Origin: an uncultured Eubacteriales bacterium
GTDB taxonomy: Bacteria > Bacillota > Clostridia > Oscillospirales > CAG-272
Assembly: GCA_934467415.1 (NCBI GenBank)
Contig: CAKSLQ010000008.1
Location: forward strand, 17,889-81,888
Direction of reading: 5' to 3'
DNA length: 64,000 nucleotides
Shown: positions 8,716 through 18,189 of the stretch, one piece after another
How positions within the stretch are numbered: position 1 is the stretch's first letter
How the letters are laid out: each line of letters opens with the position of its first letter
Position numbers and translations under genes: made by a program
Notes under the pieces: generated by a model
What the model was told of the DNA's origin: nothing
Databases searched by the model: none
Seen by the model: only the letters and a program-made list of their open reading frames with translations

Positions 8716-9863
8716 AATTTGAAAAGAACCCGAAATACAACACCTTTGCGCTCTTTGCCCTGATCGTCGTCGCCTTTGCGGCGCTGCTCATCAGCCTGTT
8801 CACCCACGCCGCCGCCGTCCGCGCCTTCTTTGCCAAGATGGCGCGCGTGCTCATGCCCCTGCTCTACGCCGCGATCCTCATGCTGGTGCTGATGCCCGCC
8901 GTGGAGTTCTTTGAGCGGAAGTTCCTGCCGTTTTGCATCGCGCGGCAGATGAAAAAGCCCGAAAAAAAGGCCTCGACGTTTGCGCTCATCGTCACCTTTC
9001 TGCTGCTGATCGTCGTTGTCCTGCTCTCCATCGTCATCATCATCCCGCAGTTTTCGGTGCTGTACGACACGGTGCTCGGCTCGCGGGACTATCTCTCGGC
9101 GCTCGACACGGTCGGGCAGGAGCTCAGCGAAAAAGGGATGGTCGGGCAGATCCTGTTCAAGCTGTTTGATCGTCTGAAAAGCTCGATCGTCGATTCCCTG
9201 ACCGAGTTTTCGGCGCTGCTGCCGAAGGTGGTGGACGCGCTCGGCAGCGTGGTCTCGCAGGTGTCTAACATTCTGCTCGGCGTCATCGTCTCGATCTATG
9301 CGCTGGCCGACCGCCGGCGCCTGAAGGCGCAGGCCAAGAAGATTACGGCGGCTTTCTTCCCGCAGTCCGTCACAAACGGCATTGAGCGCGTGACCCGTGA
9401 GCTGTATCACAACGCGGTCTGGTTCTTCTCGGCGCGCGCGCTGAATTCGGTCGTGCTCGGCGTTGTGTTCTACTTTGTCCTGCTTGTGATGGGCATCAAG
9501 TTTCACTCGGTGCTCTGTCTCATCATCGCCGTCTGCAATTTCATGCCGGTCTTCGGCGTGATGCTCGGCTTCTCGATTTCGACGCTCATCATTCTGCTGA
9601 CCGACACAAAGCTGGCGCTGTGGTTCTGCTTCGTCTATGTGATCCTGACTCTGTGCGGCTATATCTTCCTGCGGCCGCGCATCACCAACAGCGCCGTGCG
9701 CCTGTCGCTCGGCGTCACGCTCGTCTGCATCCTCGTGGGGCTCTTCGTCGGCGGTCTGCTCGGGGGACTGCTTGCCGTCCCGGTGTATGTCACGGTGCGC
9801 ACGCTGTTCTTCGACTACCGCAAGTACCGCCGCGGCAAGGTCCGCACCCGAAACGGCGCGTAA
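8712..9863 (+). CDS. AI-2E family (PerM-like) transporter, paralog 2
   Basis: Same topology and family features as the upstream gene. ATGA start/stop overlap with paralog 1. Confidence 0.75.
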   Translation: MKFEKNPKYNTFALFALIVVAFAALLISLFTHAAAVRAFFAKMARVLMPLLYAAILMLVLMPAVEFFERKFLPFCIARQMKKPEKKASTFALIVTFLLLIVVVLLSIVIIIPQFSVLYDTVLGSRDYLSALDTVGQELSEKGMVGQILFKLFDRLKSSIVDSLTEFSALLPKVVDALGSVVSQVSNILLGVIVSIYALADRRRLKAQAKKITAAFFPQSVTNGIERVTRELYHNAVWFFSARALNSVVLGVVFYFVLLVMGIKFHSVLCLIIAVCNFMPVFGVMLGFSISTLIILLTDTKLALWFCFVYVILTLCGYIFLRPRITNSAVRLSLGVTLVCILVGLFVGGLLGGLLAVPVYVTVRTLFFDYRKYRRGKVRTRNGA

Positions 9864-9880
9864 GTATCCAAAACAATGAC

Positions 9881-9924
9881 AAGAGGGCTGTAAAACCTAT
9901 CGGTTTTGCAGCCCTCTTTTTTTA
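9881..9924. terminator. Bidirectional terminator between the convergent AI-2E gene and the ATPase gene
   Basis: ~16-bp stem agagggctgtaaaacc / ggttttgcagccctct followed by a T-run. Confidence 0.7.
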
Positions 9925-11139
9925 TTTACTAAGCAGCCAGTCGATCAGATTAACCTTACGAATGCCGTCATAATCTGCCGTACGGAACACCTCATCCAGC
10001 GTGAGCAGCAGCTTGGGATGATTGTCCCGAATCGCCCGCAGCGGTGCAAGCTCCCGCCCGAGCGTCCCCTCATCCAGCGTGGATGCGCAAACCTGATAAT
10101 AGGCGGTTCCGCCCTCGCCGATGGTTACAAAATCAATCTCCGTATCTTCGGCCTGCTGCCCGACGCAAACTGTATCACCGCGCCGCAGGAGTTCCAGATA
10201 CACGATATTTTCGAGTACGTGTCCGATGTCCGATTCCTTGTTTTGCACGAGCATATTCCGGAATCCAATATCTGCCGTGTAATATTTATTCTGCTGTGCC
10301 AAAAACTGTTTTCCCTTGATGTCGTAGCGGTTGACTTCATAAAAGAGGAGGCTCTCGGTCAGACCTTCCAGATAGCGGCTGACGGTTTTGGGGTCGATCG
10401 TCATCCCCCCCGAACGCATGGTATTTGCAATTTTGGTCAGCGAAAAGCGATTGCCGATGTTGTGCATCAAAAACTTCGTCAGATTCTTCAGCGCAGTGAT
10501 ATCCGTGATTTTCTTCCGCTCGACAACATCGCGCAGCAGAACCGTGTCATAGATGCCGCGCAGGTATTCCTGCGCTTCTTTTTGTCCGTAATTATGGCTG
10601 ACGATAAAGGGAAATGCGCCAAGCTCCAGATAGAGATTGAATTTTCCCGCATCCGAAAGCGCCGCACGCTCGCCCTCAAGCCCGCTGCAAAACTCCGCAA
10701 AGGAAAGCGGCAGCATGGAAAGCTCCAGATACCTGCCGGTCAGCCTTGTGGAGAGCTCGCCGGACAGAAAGTAAGCGTTTGACCCGGTGATATACACATC
10801 GCAGTTGCTCTTGATAAACAGACTGTCAACCGCCTTCTCATAATCCTTGACATGCTGGATCTCATCGAGGAAAATATAATTCATTTTATCCGGCAGCAGC
10901 CTTGCCGTCACCGCCGTATAAAGCGCATGATAATCCAAAAGCTCTTCATAGCGGATGTCTTCAAAATTGATCATCGTGATCTGCGCCTCGGTTACCCCCT
11001 GTGACAGCAGATATGTGCGGTACATCTCAAACAAAGTGGACTTGCCGCAGCGACGCACACCGGTCACAACCTTGATCAGCTGTTCATCCCGATGGCGGAT
11101 CAGAAAATTCAGATAGGCCTCCCGTTTCACCTGTTTCAT
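9922..11139 (-). CDS. AAA+ ATPase with a DUF4143-type C-terminal domain (COG1373-like)
   Basis: Walker A GVRRCGKST, Walker B IFLDEIQ, 405 aa, family-typical layout. Visibly lower GC than its neighbours. Confidence 0.8.
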   Translation of the reverse strand: MKQVKREAYLNFLIRHRDEQLIKVVTGVRRCGKSTLFEMYRTYLLSQGVTEAQITMINFEDIRYEELLDYHALYTAVTARLLPDKMNYIFLDEIQHVKDYEKAVDSLFIKSNCDVYITGSNAYFLSGELSTRLTGRYLELSMLPLSFAEFCSGLEGERAALSDAGKFNLYLELGAFPFIVSHNYGQKEAQEYLRGIYDTVLLRDVVERKKITDITALKNLTKFLMHNIGNRFSLTKIANTMRSGGMTIDPKTVSRYLEGLTESLLFYEVNRYDIKGKQFLAQQNKYYTADIGFRNMLVQNKESDIGHVLENIVYLELLRRGDTVCVGQQAEDTEIDFVTIGEGGTAYYQVCASTLDEGTLGRELAPLRAIRDNHPKLLLTLDEVFRTADYDGIRKVNLIDWLLSK

Positions 11140-11202
11140 GTCTGCACCCCCCGATTCAGTATCTCCATTGTAATCCGTATTTTATGCAAAGTCAAGTATT
11201 TT

Positions 11203-11258
11203 AAGGAATGAAATCCTTGAAATACTGTTTTTTTATGATTTTAAGGATTGCATTCCTT
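11203..11258. promoter_or_regulatory. Inverted pair of 16-nt near-palindromes in the AT-rich region upstream of the phage-like cluster (candidate operator)
   Basis: aaggaatgaaatcctt (11203-11218) and aaggattgcattcctt (11243-11258). The second is the reverse complement of the first with one mismatch. Confidence 0.4.
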
Positions 11259-11368
11259 AAAATTAGAGCAAAATTTCGGAAACCTGCCGAAAAATCCCGA
11301 CTTTGATCCGTAGAATCAAAGATGCGGCGGGGTGCGAACCGCCGACAACGGGAAAGGAGGAAACCGAA

Positions 11369-11737
11369 ATGGCAAACGAAACGAAGAAACGCGCGGACGA
11401 GACCGGAGCCGCGGACGCCGAAGCGCCCGCAAAGCTCGCGGGCGACGGCATCGCCGACGAGCGCGAGGTGCTGGAGACGCTGACGCGCATCCTGCGCCGC
11501 GAGGCGACCGAGGACACGGTGGTCAAGCTGCGCACCGAGTCCCGCTCGACCGACATGTGCGGCGAGGCGGTGGTTGAGCGGAGCGAAAAGGTCGAGATCG
11601 TGAAGACGCGGCCGCGCCTCGCGGACGTAACCCGCGCGGCCGAGCTCGTCGGCAAGTATCACGGCATGTTCGGCGAGCGCCTGGAAGGCAGCATCGCCCT
11701 GCCGCTGATCATCTGCGGTGAGGACGAGCTGAAATGA
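11369..11737 (+). CDS. Phage terminase small subunit
   Basis: ATG at 11369 follows AAGGAGG. Position is immediately 5' of the large terminase with an ATGA overlap. C-terminal AAELVGKYHGMF is typical of small terminases. Confidence 0.65.
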   Translation: MANETKKRADETGAADAEAPAKLAGDGIADEREVLETLTRILRREATEDTVVKLRTESRSTDMCGEAVVERSEKVEIVKTRPRLADVTRAAELVGKYHGMFGERLEGSIALPLIICGEDELK

Positions 11738-13068
11738 ACCGCCTGTACCTGCCCGACATTGTCGGCGGCGGGTACGACGCATTCTGGCACTCCCGCGCCC
11801 GCTATCGCGTGGTGAAGGGTTCGCGCGCATCCAAAAAGAGCAAGACGACCGCACTGTGGTATATCTACAACCTGATGAAATTTCCGGCGGCAAATCTGCT
11901 CGTGGTGCGGCGCACCTACCGCAGTCTCGAACGCTCGGCCTTTGCCGAGCTGAAGTGGGCGATCCGCAGGCTCGGCGCGGAAAAGTATTTTGAAAGCAAG
12001 ACCGCGCCGCTGGAGATTGTCTGCAAGGCGACGGGGCAGCGTATCTTCTTTGCGGGCCTCGACGACCCGCTGAAGCTGACCTCCATCACGGCGGCGACGG
12101 GGGTGCTCTGCTGGATGTGGATCGAGGAGGCCTACGAGATCGAAAGCGAGGACGCCTTCGACACGCTGGACGAATCTATCCGCGGCAGCGTGCCGGACGG
12201 GCTGTTCAAGCAGATCACGCTGACCTTCAATCCCTGGAGCGCCGACCACTGGCTGAAGCGGCGGTTCTTCGATGTGCAAAGCCCCGACATCTTCGCCATG
12301 ACCGTAAACTACACGGTCAACGAATGGCTGGATGAGGCGGACAAGCGCGTTTTCGAGGACATGCGCCTGCGCGACCCCGAACGATACCGCGTTTGCGGTC
12401 TGGGAGAATGGGGGATCGGCGGCGGGCAGTTTTTCCCCGAATTCCGCAGTGACATCCACGTCATCCCGCCGACGCCGCTCGCGGACGGCGTGCGCATCTT
12501 CCGCGCGATCGACTACGGTCTCGACGCGCTGGCCTGCCTGTTCATCGCACTGGACTCGACCGGGCGCGCCGTGGTCTTCCGCGAGGTGTATGCGCACGAT
12601 CTGATCGTCTCCGCCGCGGCGGAGGCAATCCGCGAGGCGAGCGAGGGACTCGCGGTCTACCGCACCTTTGCGCCGCCCGACCTGTGGTCGCGCCAGAAGG
12701 ACAGCGGCAAGAGCATTGCCACCCTGTTTGAACGGCACGGCGTGCCGCTCACGCAGTCGGACAACAACCGTGTTGGCGGATGGCTTGCGCTGAAGGAATG
12801 GCTGCGCGTACAGCCCATGCCGGAGGGCGGCGAGGGCGCGCGGCTGCAAATCTTCTCCACCTGCACGGATCTGCTCCGCTGTTTGCCGTCGCTGCTAAGC
12901 GACCCGAAGCGCATCGGCGACTGCCGGACCGAGCCGCATGAGATCACCCACCTGCCCGACGCGCTGCGCTACTTTGCGGTCATGCAGGCCGACCCGCCGC
13001 GTGCGGCGGCAGCCGCACCGCGCCTGCGCGACTTTACGGGCGGCGGGCGGCGCAAAAACCGATTTTAA
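11734..13068 (+). CDS. Phage terminase large subunit (PBSX-type)
   Basis: 444 aa. N-terminal ATPase (VVKGSRASKKSKT Walker A-like, WIEEA Walker B-like). C-terminal nuclease-like half. Confidence 0.9.
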   Translation: MNRLYLPDIVGGGYDAFWHSRARYRVVKGSRASKKSKTTALWYIYNLMKFPAANLLVVRRTYRSLERSAFAELKWAIRRLGAEKYFESKTAPLEIVCKATGQRIFFAGLDDPLKLTSITAATGVLCWMWIEEAYEIESEDAFDTLDESIRGSVPDGLFKQITLTFNPWSADHWLKRRFFDVQSPDIFAMTVNYTVNEWLDEADKRVFEDMRLRDPERYRVCGLGEWGIGGGQFFPEFRSDIHVIPPTPLADGVRIFRAIDYGLDALACLFIALDSTGRAVVFREVYAHDLIVSAAAEAIREASEGLAVYRTFAPPDLWSRQKDSGKSIATLFERHGVPLTQSDNNRVGGWLALKEWLRVQPMPEGGEGARLQIFSTCTDLLRCLPSLLSDPKRIGDCRTEPHEITHLPDALRYFAVMQADPPRAAAAAPRLRDFTGGGRRKNRF

Positions 13069-13084
13069 GCGAAAGAGGTAAACC

Positions 13085-13288
13085 ATGAAGCAAATCACGA
13101 TTCACAAGGCGCGGCACATCTGTTCGATGCCCGCCTGCGGCTGCACCGACACCTACCGGATCTCGGGCAGCCCGAACACGCTCGGCGGTTTTTATCTCTG
13201 CGGCGACTGCATCGAAACGCTCGCGCGTCTTGCCGGTGTGACCCCGCAGAAAAAGCCCCGCCGCGCGGCAAAGGAGGCGGACGCATGA
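13085..13288 (+). CDS. Small Cys-rich phage protein (zinc-ribbon-like), function unknown
   Basis: RBS agagg upstream. 67 aa with CSMPACGC...CGDC. Confidence 0.45.
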   Translation: MKQITIHKARHICSMPACGCTDTYRISGSPNTLGGFYLCGDCIETLARLAGVTPQKKPRRAAKEADA

Positions 13289-13506
13289 GCATTCTGACCG
13301 CCGTCGCGCTGCTGGAGCTGCTGGCCATCCTGTTTCTTGCGCTGATGCTCTCCCTCTCCGAGGAGCGCGGCGCAAAGCTGCGCGCGGCATGGCTGCACCG
13401 GGACGCGCCCGGGGACGGTGCGCGCCGCCGCACCCGCCATCTCTCGCCGCACCGCGCGGCGATCCGGCGCATGAAGAGAAAGGAGGACGCCTGCGGGCGG
13501 CAGTAA
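13285..13506 (+). CDS. Small membrane-anchored phage protein, function unknown
   Basis: ATGA overlap with the preceding ORF. N-terminal hydrophobic helix, basic tail. Confidence 0.35.
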   Translation: MSILTAVALLELLAILFLALMLSLSEERGAKLRAAWLHRDAPGDGARRRTRHLSPHRAAIRRMKRKEDACGRQ

Positions 13507-13509
13507 AGC

Positions 13510-15393
13510 ATGACACTGTTCAAATTCAAGGAAAAGACCAGACCGCGCGGCGAGTACAAGGAGGATATCCTCGCCATGCTCGACGCGGAATGCCGCCGCC
13601 GCCACGACGAGCGCCGCCCGCTGGAGCTTCGCTGGATGCTCTCGGCCGACTTCTTCTCGGGGCATCAGTACTGCGACATCAACCCCTACAACACCGAGCT
13701 GGAGGACTATACCCCGCCCTTCGACTACATGGAGCGCGGCGTGTACAACCGCATCGCGCCCCTGGTCGAGACCCGCATCGCCAATTTCAAGTCGCTCGAC
13801 TTCTCGATGGAGGTTCACCCCGCGACCTGCGAGGCCTCGGACTACGAAAAGAGCCTGGTTGCCACGCGCCTGCTCTCGCAGACGCAGTACAAATGCGGCT
13901 TTGCCGACAAGCTCGACAACCTCATTCTGTGGAGCGAGCTGTGCGGCACGGCGTTTCTCCTCTCCTGGTGGGACCGGAATGCGGGCGACGCCGTCCGCGT
14001 CGGCGAGCGGCGCGTGCCGCTCGGCGATCTCGACTTCGGCGTGCTGACGCCGTATGAGGTCCTGCCCGAAAGCATCTACAAGGAGAACCTCGACGACCAG
14101 AGCTCGGTCATCCTCGAGCAGGTGGTGCGTGTGGAGGAAGTGGATCGCCGCTTCGGCGTGCGGGTGAAGCCCTGCCGCGCCGAAACGCTGGGCATCACGC
14201 CCGCGGCGGGCGTCGGCGGCTTCGGCTATGTCGGCACGACGCTCGGCATGACGACCCGCACCGCGGAAAACTCCACCCTGCTGCGCACCTATCTCGAAAA
14301 GGCGAACGCGCGCTACCCCTCCGGCCGCATGATTATCGCCACGCCCGACCGCATCCTCTACTACGGCACATTGCCGATCGACGGCTATCCGCTCGCCGTG
14401 CTGCGCTGCAAGCGCGTGCCCGGCATGTTCTTCGGCCGCTCGGTCATCGAGGATCTGATCCCGCTGCAGCGCGCCTACAACGGCGTGAAAAACAAGCTGC
14501 ACGACTACATCCGCTCGCTTTCGCTGAATCCCCTGCTCGTCCCCGAGGGGTCGATCGGCGACGTGGACGAGCTGGCCGCAAACGGCGTCGCCCCCGGCGA
14601 CATCGTCGAGTACGACCCGACGCGCGGCGAGCCGAAGCCTCTCTCCGCACCGCAGATGCCCTCCGGCATCTTCGAGGAGTGTGACAATCTGGCGCGCGAG
14701 ATGGAGTATGCGGCGGGGCTGTCCCACCTCGGCGCCACCGGCAACAACCAGTCCACCCTCACCAGCGCGACCGCAATCGAGCGCCTGCGCGAGATCGACG
14801 GCGTGCGCCTCGCGCTGACCGGCGACAACATCCGCGCGGCAATCCTCGCGGCGGCGAAGATCTGGCTGAAGCTCTACCGGGCGCACGGCAGCGTGACGCA
14901 CATCGAGAAGATGGTCGGCAGCTACGACACGGCGGCGACCTTCACCTGGCGCGCGGACGACATCAATTCCTACGACGTGGTATTCGAGAGCGAAAATGCG
15001 CTGCTGCACAGCGACGATACGCAGCTGTCCGCCATCCGCGCCGGCATTGAGCTCGGGCTTTTTGCGGGCGAAGACGGCAAAATTCCGCGCAGTGTGCGCA
15101 AAAAGCTGCTCTGCCGGATGCACATCGGCGATTTCGTCCGCACGCTCTACGAGGACGAGCTGCAAAATGCGGCGGCGCGGCGCGAAAACCTGCGCCTGAT
15201 GAAGGGCGAGACCCTGCCCGTCGGCATCTGCGACGACCACGAGCTGCATCTTGCGGCGCACCGCCGCGCGGCGCTGGACTACGCCTATGACAAGCTGCGC
15301 CGGAAAAATCCGGCCGCCGCGCAGGCGCTGGAAGCGCACATCGCCCTGCACACCGAAAAACTGAACCTTGCAAAGGAGAAACAAAATGCCTAA
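13510..15393 (+). CDS. Phage portal protein
   Basis: 627 aa, positioned directly after the terminase module. Portal-like sequence character and size. Confidence 0.75.
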   Translation: MTLFKFKEKTRPRGEYKEDILAMLDAECRRRHDERRPLELRWMLSADFFSGHQYCDINPYNTELEDYTPPFDYMERGVYNRIAPLVETRIANFKSLDFSMEVHPATCEASDYEKSLVATRLLSQTQYKCGFADKLDNLILWSELCGTAFLLSWWDRNAGDAVRVGERRVPLGDLDFGVLTPYEVLPESIYKENLDDQSSVILEQVVRVEEVDRRFGVRVKPCRAETLGITPAAGVGGFGYVGTTLGMTTRTAENSTLLRTYLEKANARYPSGRMIIATPDRILYYGTLPIDGYPLAVLRCKRVPGMFFGRSVIEDLIPLQRAYNGVKNKLHDYIRSLSLNPLLVPEGSIGDVDELAANGVAPGDIVEYDPTRGEPKPLSAPQMPSGIFEECDNLAREMEYAAGLSHLGATGNNQSTLTSATAIERLREIDGVRLALTGDNIRAAILAAAKIWLKLYRAHGSVTHIEKMVGSYDTAATFTWRADDINSYDVVFESENALLHSDDTQLSAIRAGIELGLFAGEDGKIPRSVRKKLLCRMHIGDFVRTLYEDELQNAAARRENLRLMKGETLPVGICDDHELHLAAHRRAALDYAYDKLRRKNPAAAQALEAHIALHTEKLNLAKEKQNA

Positions 15394-15955
15394 GTATCAG
15401 ATCCCCACCCTGGATTTTGAGGCGGTGTCGGCGATGGACGCCGATGCACGCACGGCGGCGCTGGACGCCTACCGCGCCGAGGTCGCCGCACTCGGCGACG
15501 CGCTGGACGCCGATGAACAGAACGGCGAGGCGCAGCAGAATGCGCTGGCCGCCGCCCGCTACGACGCGGCGAAGTATAAGCTGGCGAGCGACAAGACCTG
15601 CGCGGGCTTCGCCGACGCGATGGACGAGATCGAAGCCGTCATAGCCGAGACGCCGGCGCTCGCGTCCATGCCGGACGAGGACCGTCTGCGCACCGCCTAC
15701 TACATCGTGCGCGGCAAGCGTCCCGCCCCTGCGCCCGCACCCGCGCCGAGCGCCGAGGAGCTCTTCGCCGCGCTCGAAAAGAACCCGGCAGCCATGCGCC
15801 TCGCGGAGGCGCGGATGCTGGAGATGCTCGGCGCAGACAGCGCGCCCGCGCTCATGTCAAGTGCCGGGAGCGCCTCCGCCCCAGCCACCGTCCGCGAAAA
15901 GCCGAAGACCATTGACGAGGCGTCCGGCCTCGCCCGCGCCGCCTTCGGCATCTGA
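15386..15955 (+). CDS. Candidate scaffolding protein
   Basis: ATG at 15386 follows AAGGAG. Ala/Glu/Asp-rich, helical-looking, 189 aa, located between portal and capsid. Confidence 0.5.
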   Translation: MPKYQIPTLDFEAVSAMDADARTAALDAYRAEVAALGDALDADEQNGEAQQNALAAARYDAAKYKLASDKTCAGFADAMDEIEAVIAETPALASMPDEDRLRTAYYIVRGKRPAPAPAPAPSAEELFAALEKNPAAMRLAEARMLEMLGADSAPALMSSAGSASAPATVREKPKTIDEASGLARAAFGI

Positions 15956-15993
15956 CCCGAATTCATTTCAAAACACGAAAGGAAACAAACAAA

Positions 15994-17202
15994 ATGGCAC
16001 AGATTCTGACGAAACTCGAAGCGATCCTCAAGGACAAGTACCAGCCCGCCCTGACCAACCAGATCAACACCGAGCCCTCCCCCTTCCTCGAAAAGATCCG
16101 CAAGGTCAACCTCACGAACAACACCATCCGCTGCGCCGCGCCCATCGGCATCAACGGCGGCTTCGGCTTCGGCGCGGAGGGCGTCGGCACCCCGAAGGCG
16201 GGCGCACAGCGCTACGCGCAGTTTGAGATCGACGCGGTGGACATGTATGTCGATCTTCAGATCTCCAACAAGACCATTGCGCTTGCATCGAGCAACGCAT
16301 CCTCGATGATCAACGCCCTTGACGGCGAGATCAAGGGCTCGTATGCGGCGGCCAAGTGGAACATCAGCCGCGCCCTCTTCGGCGACGGCTCGGGCAAGCT
16401 GGCCACCGTCACGGCGGCGACGGCCTCCGGCTCGAACACGGTGCTCACGCTGGACAGCGTGAAGCGCGTGGTCGAGGGCCTGCGCATCGACCTCTACGAC
16501 GTCGGGACGGGCGGCGCGGTGACCGCCGCCGCCACCGGCGCGGGCAAGCGCATCCTCTCGGTGGACCGTGCAAACAAGACGATCACGGTGGAGGGCAGCG
16601 TCACGCTGACCGGCACGACCGGCTTCATCACGGTGCAGGGCAGCTACAACCGGGAGATCACGGGTCTCGGCGCGATCTTCACCGGGAACTCGATCTACGG
16701 CCTTGCCAAGAGCGAGAACCCGTGGCTCTGCCCGACCGTGGTGGATGCAAACCACGACCTCACCGACCTCGTGCTCTACCGCGGCATCAAGGAGGCCAAG
16801 GACTACAAGGGCGCGAACATCGACCTCGTGATGATGGGTGACGCCGCCTTCCTCGCCTACCAGGACTACATCCACACGAACAACGTCACGGTGGCGGAGA
16901 AGCACCACTTCGTCGGCGGCGCGGTCGGCTACAAGGTGCTGGTCGGCTCGAACGAGGTCGTCATCGTCAACGAGCGCTTCGTCCCCGAAAACGAGGTCTG
17001 GGGCGTGGACACCTCGACCTTCTACCTCGAGGCAACGCCGTGGAGCTTCATGGAGAAGGACGGCGGCATCTTCGTGCCGATGCCCGACACCTCCATCTTC
17101 CGCGCGCTGCTCGCCTCCTACGGCAACCTGATGTGTACGAATCCCGGCGGCGCACTGCGCATCACGAACGCAAACGCGGCGGCGCAGACCACCGGCGCAT
17201 AA
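15994..17202 (+). CDS. Phage major capsid protein
   Basis: 402 aa, located after the scaffold. Followed by a partial terminator, as is common after highly expressed capsid genes. Confidence 0.75.
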   Translation: MAQILTKLEAILKDKYQPALTNQINTEPSPFLEKIRKVNLTNNTIRCAAPIGINGGFGFGAEGVGTPKAGAQRYAQFEIDAVDMYVDLQISNKTIALASSNASSMINALDGEIKGSYAAAKWNISRALFGDGSGKLATVTAATASGSNTVLTLDSVKRVVEGLRIDLYDVGTGGAVTAAATGAGKRILSVDRANKTITVEGSVTLTGTTGFITVQGSYNREITGLGAIFTGNSIYGLAKSENPWLCPTVVDANHDLTDLVLYRGIKEAKDYKGANIDLVMMGDAAFLAYQDYIHTNNVTVAEKHHFVGGAVGYKVLVGSNEVVIVNERFVPENEVWGVDTSTFYLEATPWSFMEKDGGIFVPMPDTSIFRALLASYGNLMCTNPGGALRITNANAAAQTTGA

Positions 17203-17234
17203 ACCGAAACACAGAGCGGCAGTGACCTGACGCG

Positions 17235-17262
17235 AAGGGGATGGCGCTGCCATCCCCTTTTG
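17235..17262 (+). terminator. Hairpin/terminator downstream of the capsid gene
   Basis: aaggggatggc-gct-gccatcccctt followed by tt. Confidence 0.55.
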
Positions 17263-17293
17263 CGCGGCCGCTCATAAACTGAAAGGAGACCCT

Positions 17294-17632
17294 ATGTGTC
17301 TGCATAAACTTTACGCGGATCTCGTTGTCCTCACGGGGACGGAGTTTCCGCTGCCGCATTTCTTTGTCGCGGTGGATGCCGTCTGCCGCGGCTGGCTTGC
17401 CAAGTACCCGCAAAAGCTGCTCTGCGCGGGTGAATACACGCCGCCGACCGCGCTTGCCGACGTCCTGCCGCTTGCCGACTGCCTGTACCCCGCCCTGCTC
17501 GACAGCGTGGCGGGCCGGCTGACGGGCGACGCCGCAGCGGCGGCACGCGGCACGGAGGCGGCGGAAAACGCCTATCTTGCGCTCTGGCGCGCCGCCGCGC
17601 GCGGCAAACGGAAAAGGGGGGACAACTGGTGA
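17294..17632 (+). CDS. Phage structural protein, candidate head-completion/connector (112 aa)
   Basis: AAGGAG RBS. Call rests on position after the capsid gene; no recognisable motif. Confidence 0.4.
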   Translation: MCLHKLYADLVVLTGTEFPLPHFFVAVDAVCRGWLAKYPQKLLCAGEYTPPTALADVLPLADCLYPALLDSVAGRLTGDAAAAARGTEAAENAYLALWRAAARGKRKRGDNW

Positions 17633-18189
17633 GTGACAATACCGCTGCAAAGACCACGGTCGGCGCGCTGCTCGATGAAGTGAACGCCGCCTTTGCCGAC
17701 AGCTTCACACTGCCGGACGGCTTTCTCACAGATACCTATAACCACCTTGCCGCCGCGCTCGCCCTGCGGGAGCCGACGGCCGACGGCGAAATGACCGTCA
17801 CGGCCAAGGACGGCAAGCTCACGACCGGGCTTGTCCCCGCGCAGTACCGCCGCGTCTTTTTCGGCGATGCGGAATGCCTGCGCGGCTCGACCACACTCTG
17901 CGCGCTGCTGCCCGACTTCCCGATCTGCGCGCCGGGCGACGACGGCAGTGCCGCCGTCACGCTTGACGGCGACTACACGATTCACTACCGAAAACTGCCC
18001 GACGTCGTCACGGCAGAGAGCGCCGCGGTGGCCCCGGTCAGCCTGCGCGACCTGCCCTATCTGCATGCGGCGCTCTCCGCCGCCGTCTGCCGCCACATCG
18101 GCGACGCGGACGCGGCGGCCGCCTGCGAGGCCGACGCTGCGCGCGCCCTTGCCGCACGCGCGGCGGCGGGCGGGAGGATACCGGGATGA
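17629..18189 (+). CDS. Phage structural protein, candidate adaptor (186 aa)
   Basis: GTG start overlaps the preceding stop (GTGA). Size and position resemble a podovirus adaptor; this is inference only. Confidence 0.4.
   Translation: MSDNTAAKTTVGALLDEVNAAFADSFTLPDGFLTDTYNHLAAALALREPTADGEMTVTAKDGKLTTGLVPAQYRRVFFGDAECLRGSTTLCALLPDFPICAPGDDGSAAVTLDGDYTIHYRKLPDVVTAESAAVAPVSLRDLPYLHAALSAAVCRHIGDADAAAACEADAARALAARAAAGGRIPG

Noticed and set aside
11201-11893. 230-aa minus-strand ORF spanning the AT-rich spacer and the small terminase gene
   Set aside because: It overlaps the better-supported terminase small and large subunit genes, and its translation is low-complexity and Arg-rich.
13192-15384. 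Very long ORFs antisense to or out of frame with clear genes. Examples: 13192..15384 (-, 730 aa), 18057..19985 (-, 642 aa), 26893..29067 (+, 724 aa), 47119..48996 (-, 625 aa), 45005..46663 (-, 552 aa), 15700..17253 (-, 517 aa), 37138..38406 (-), 51380..52765 (-).
   Set aside because: They fully overlap genes that have unmistakable family motifs (portal, valS, priA and others). Their translations are Arg/Ala/Gly/Pro/His-rich low-complexity strings with no motifs. This is the expected stop-codon-poor antisense frame of high-GC DNA.
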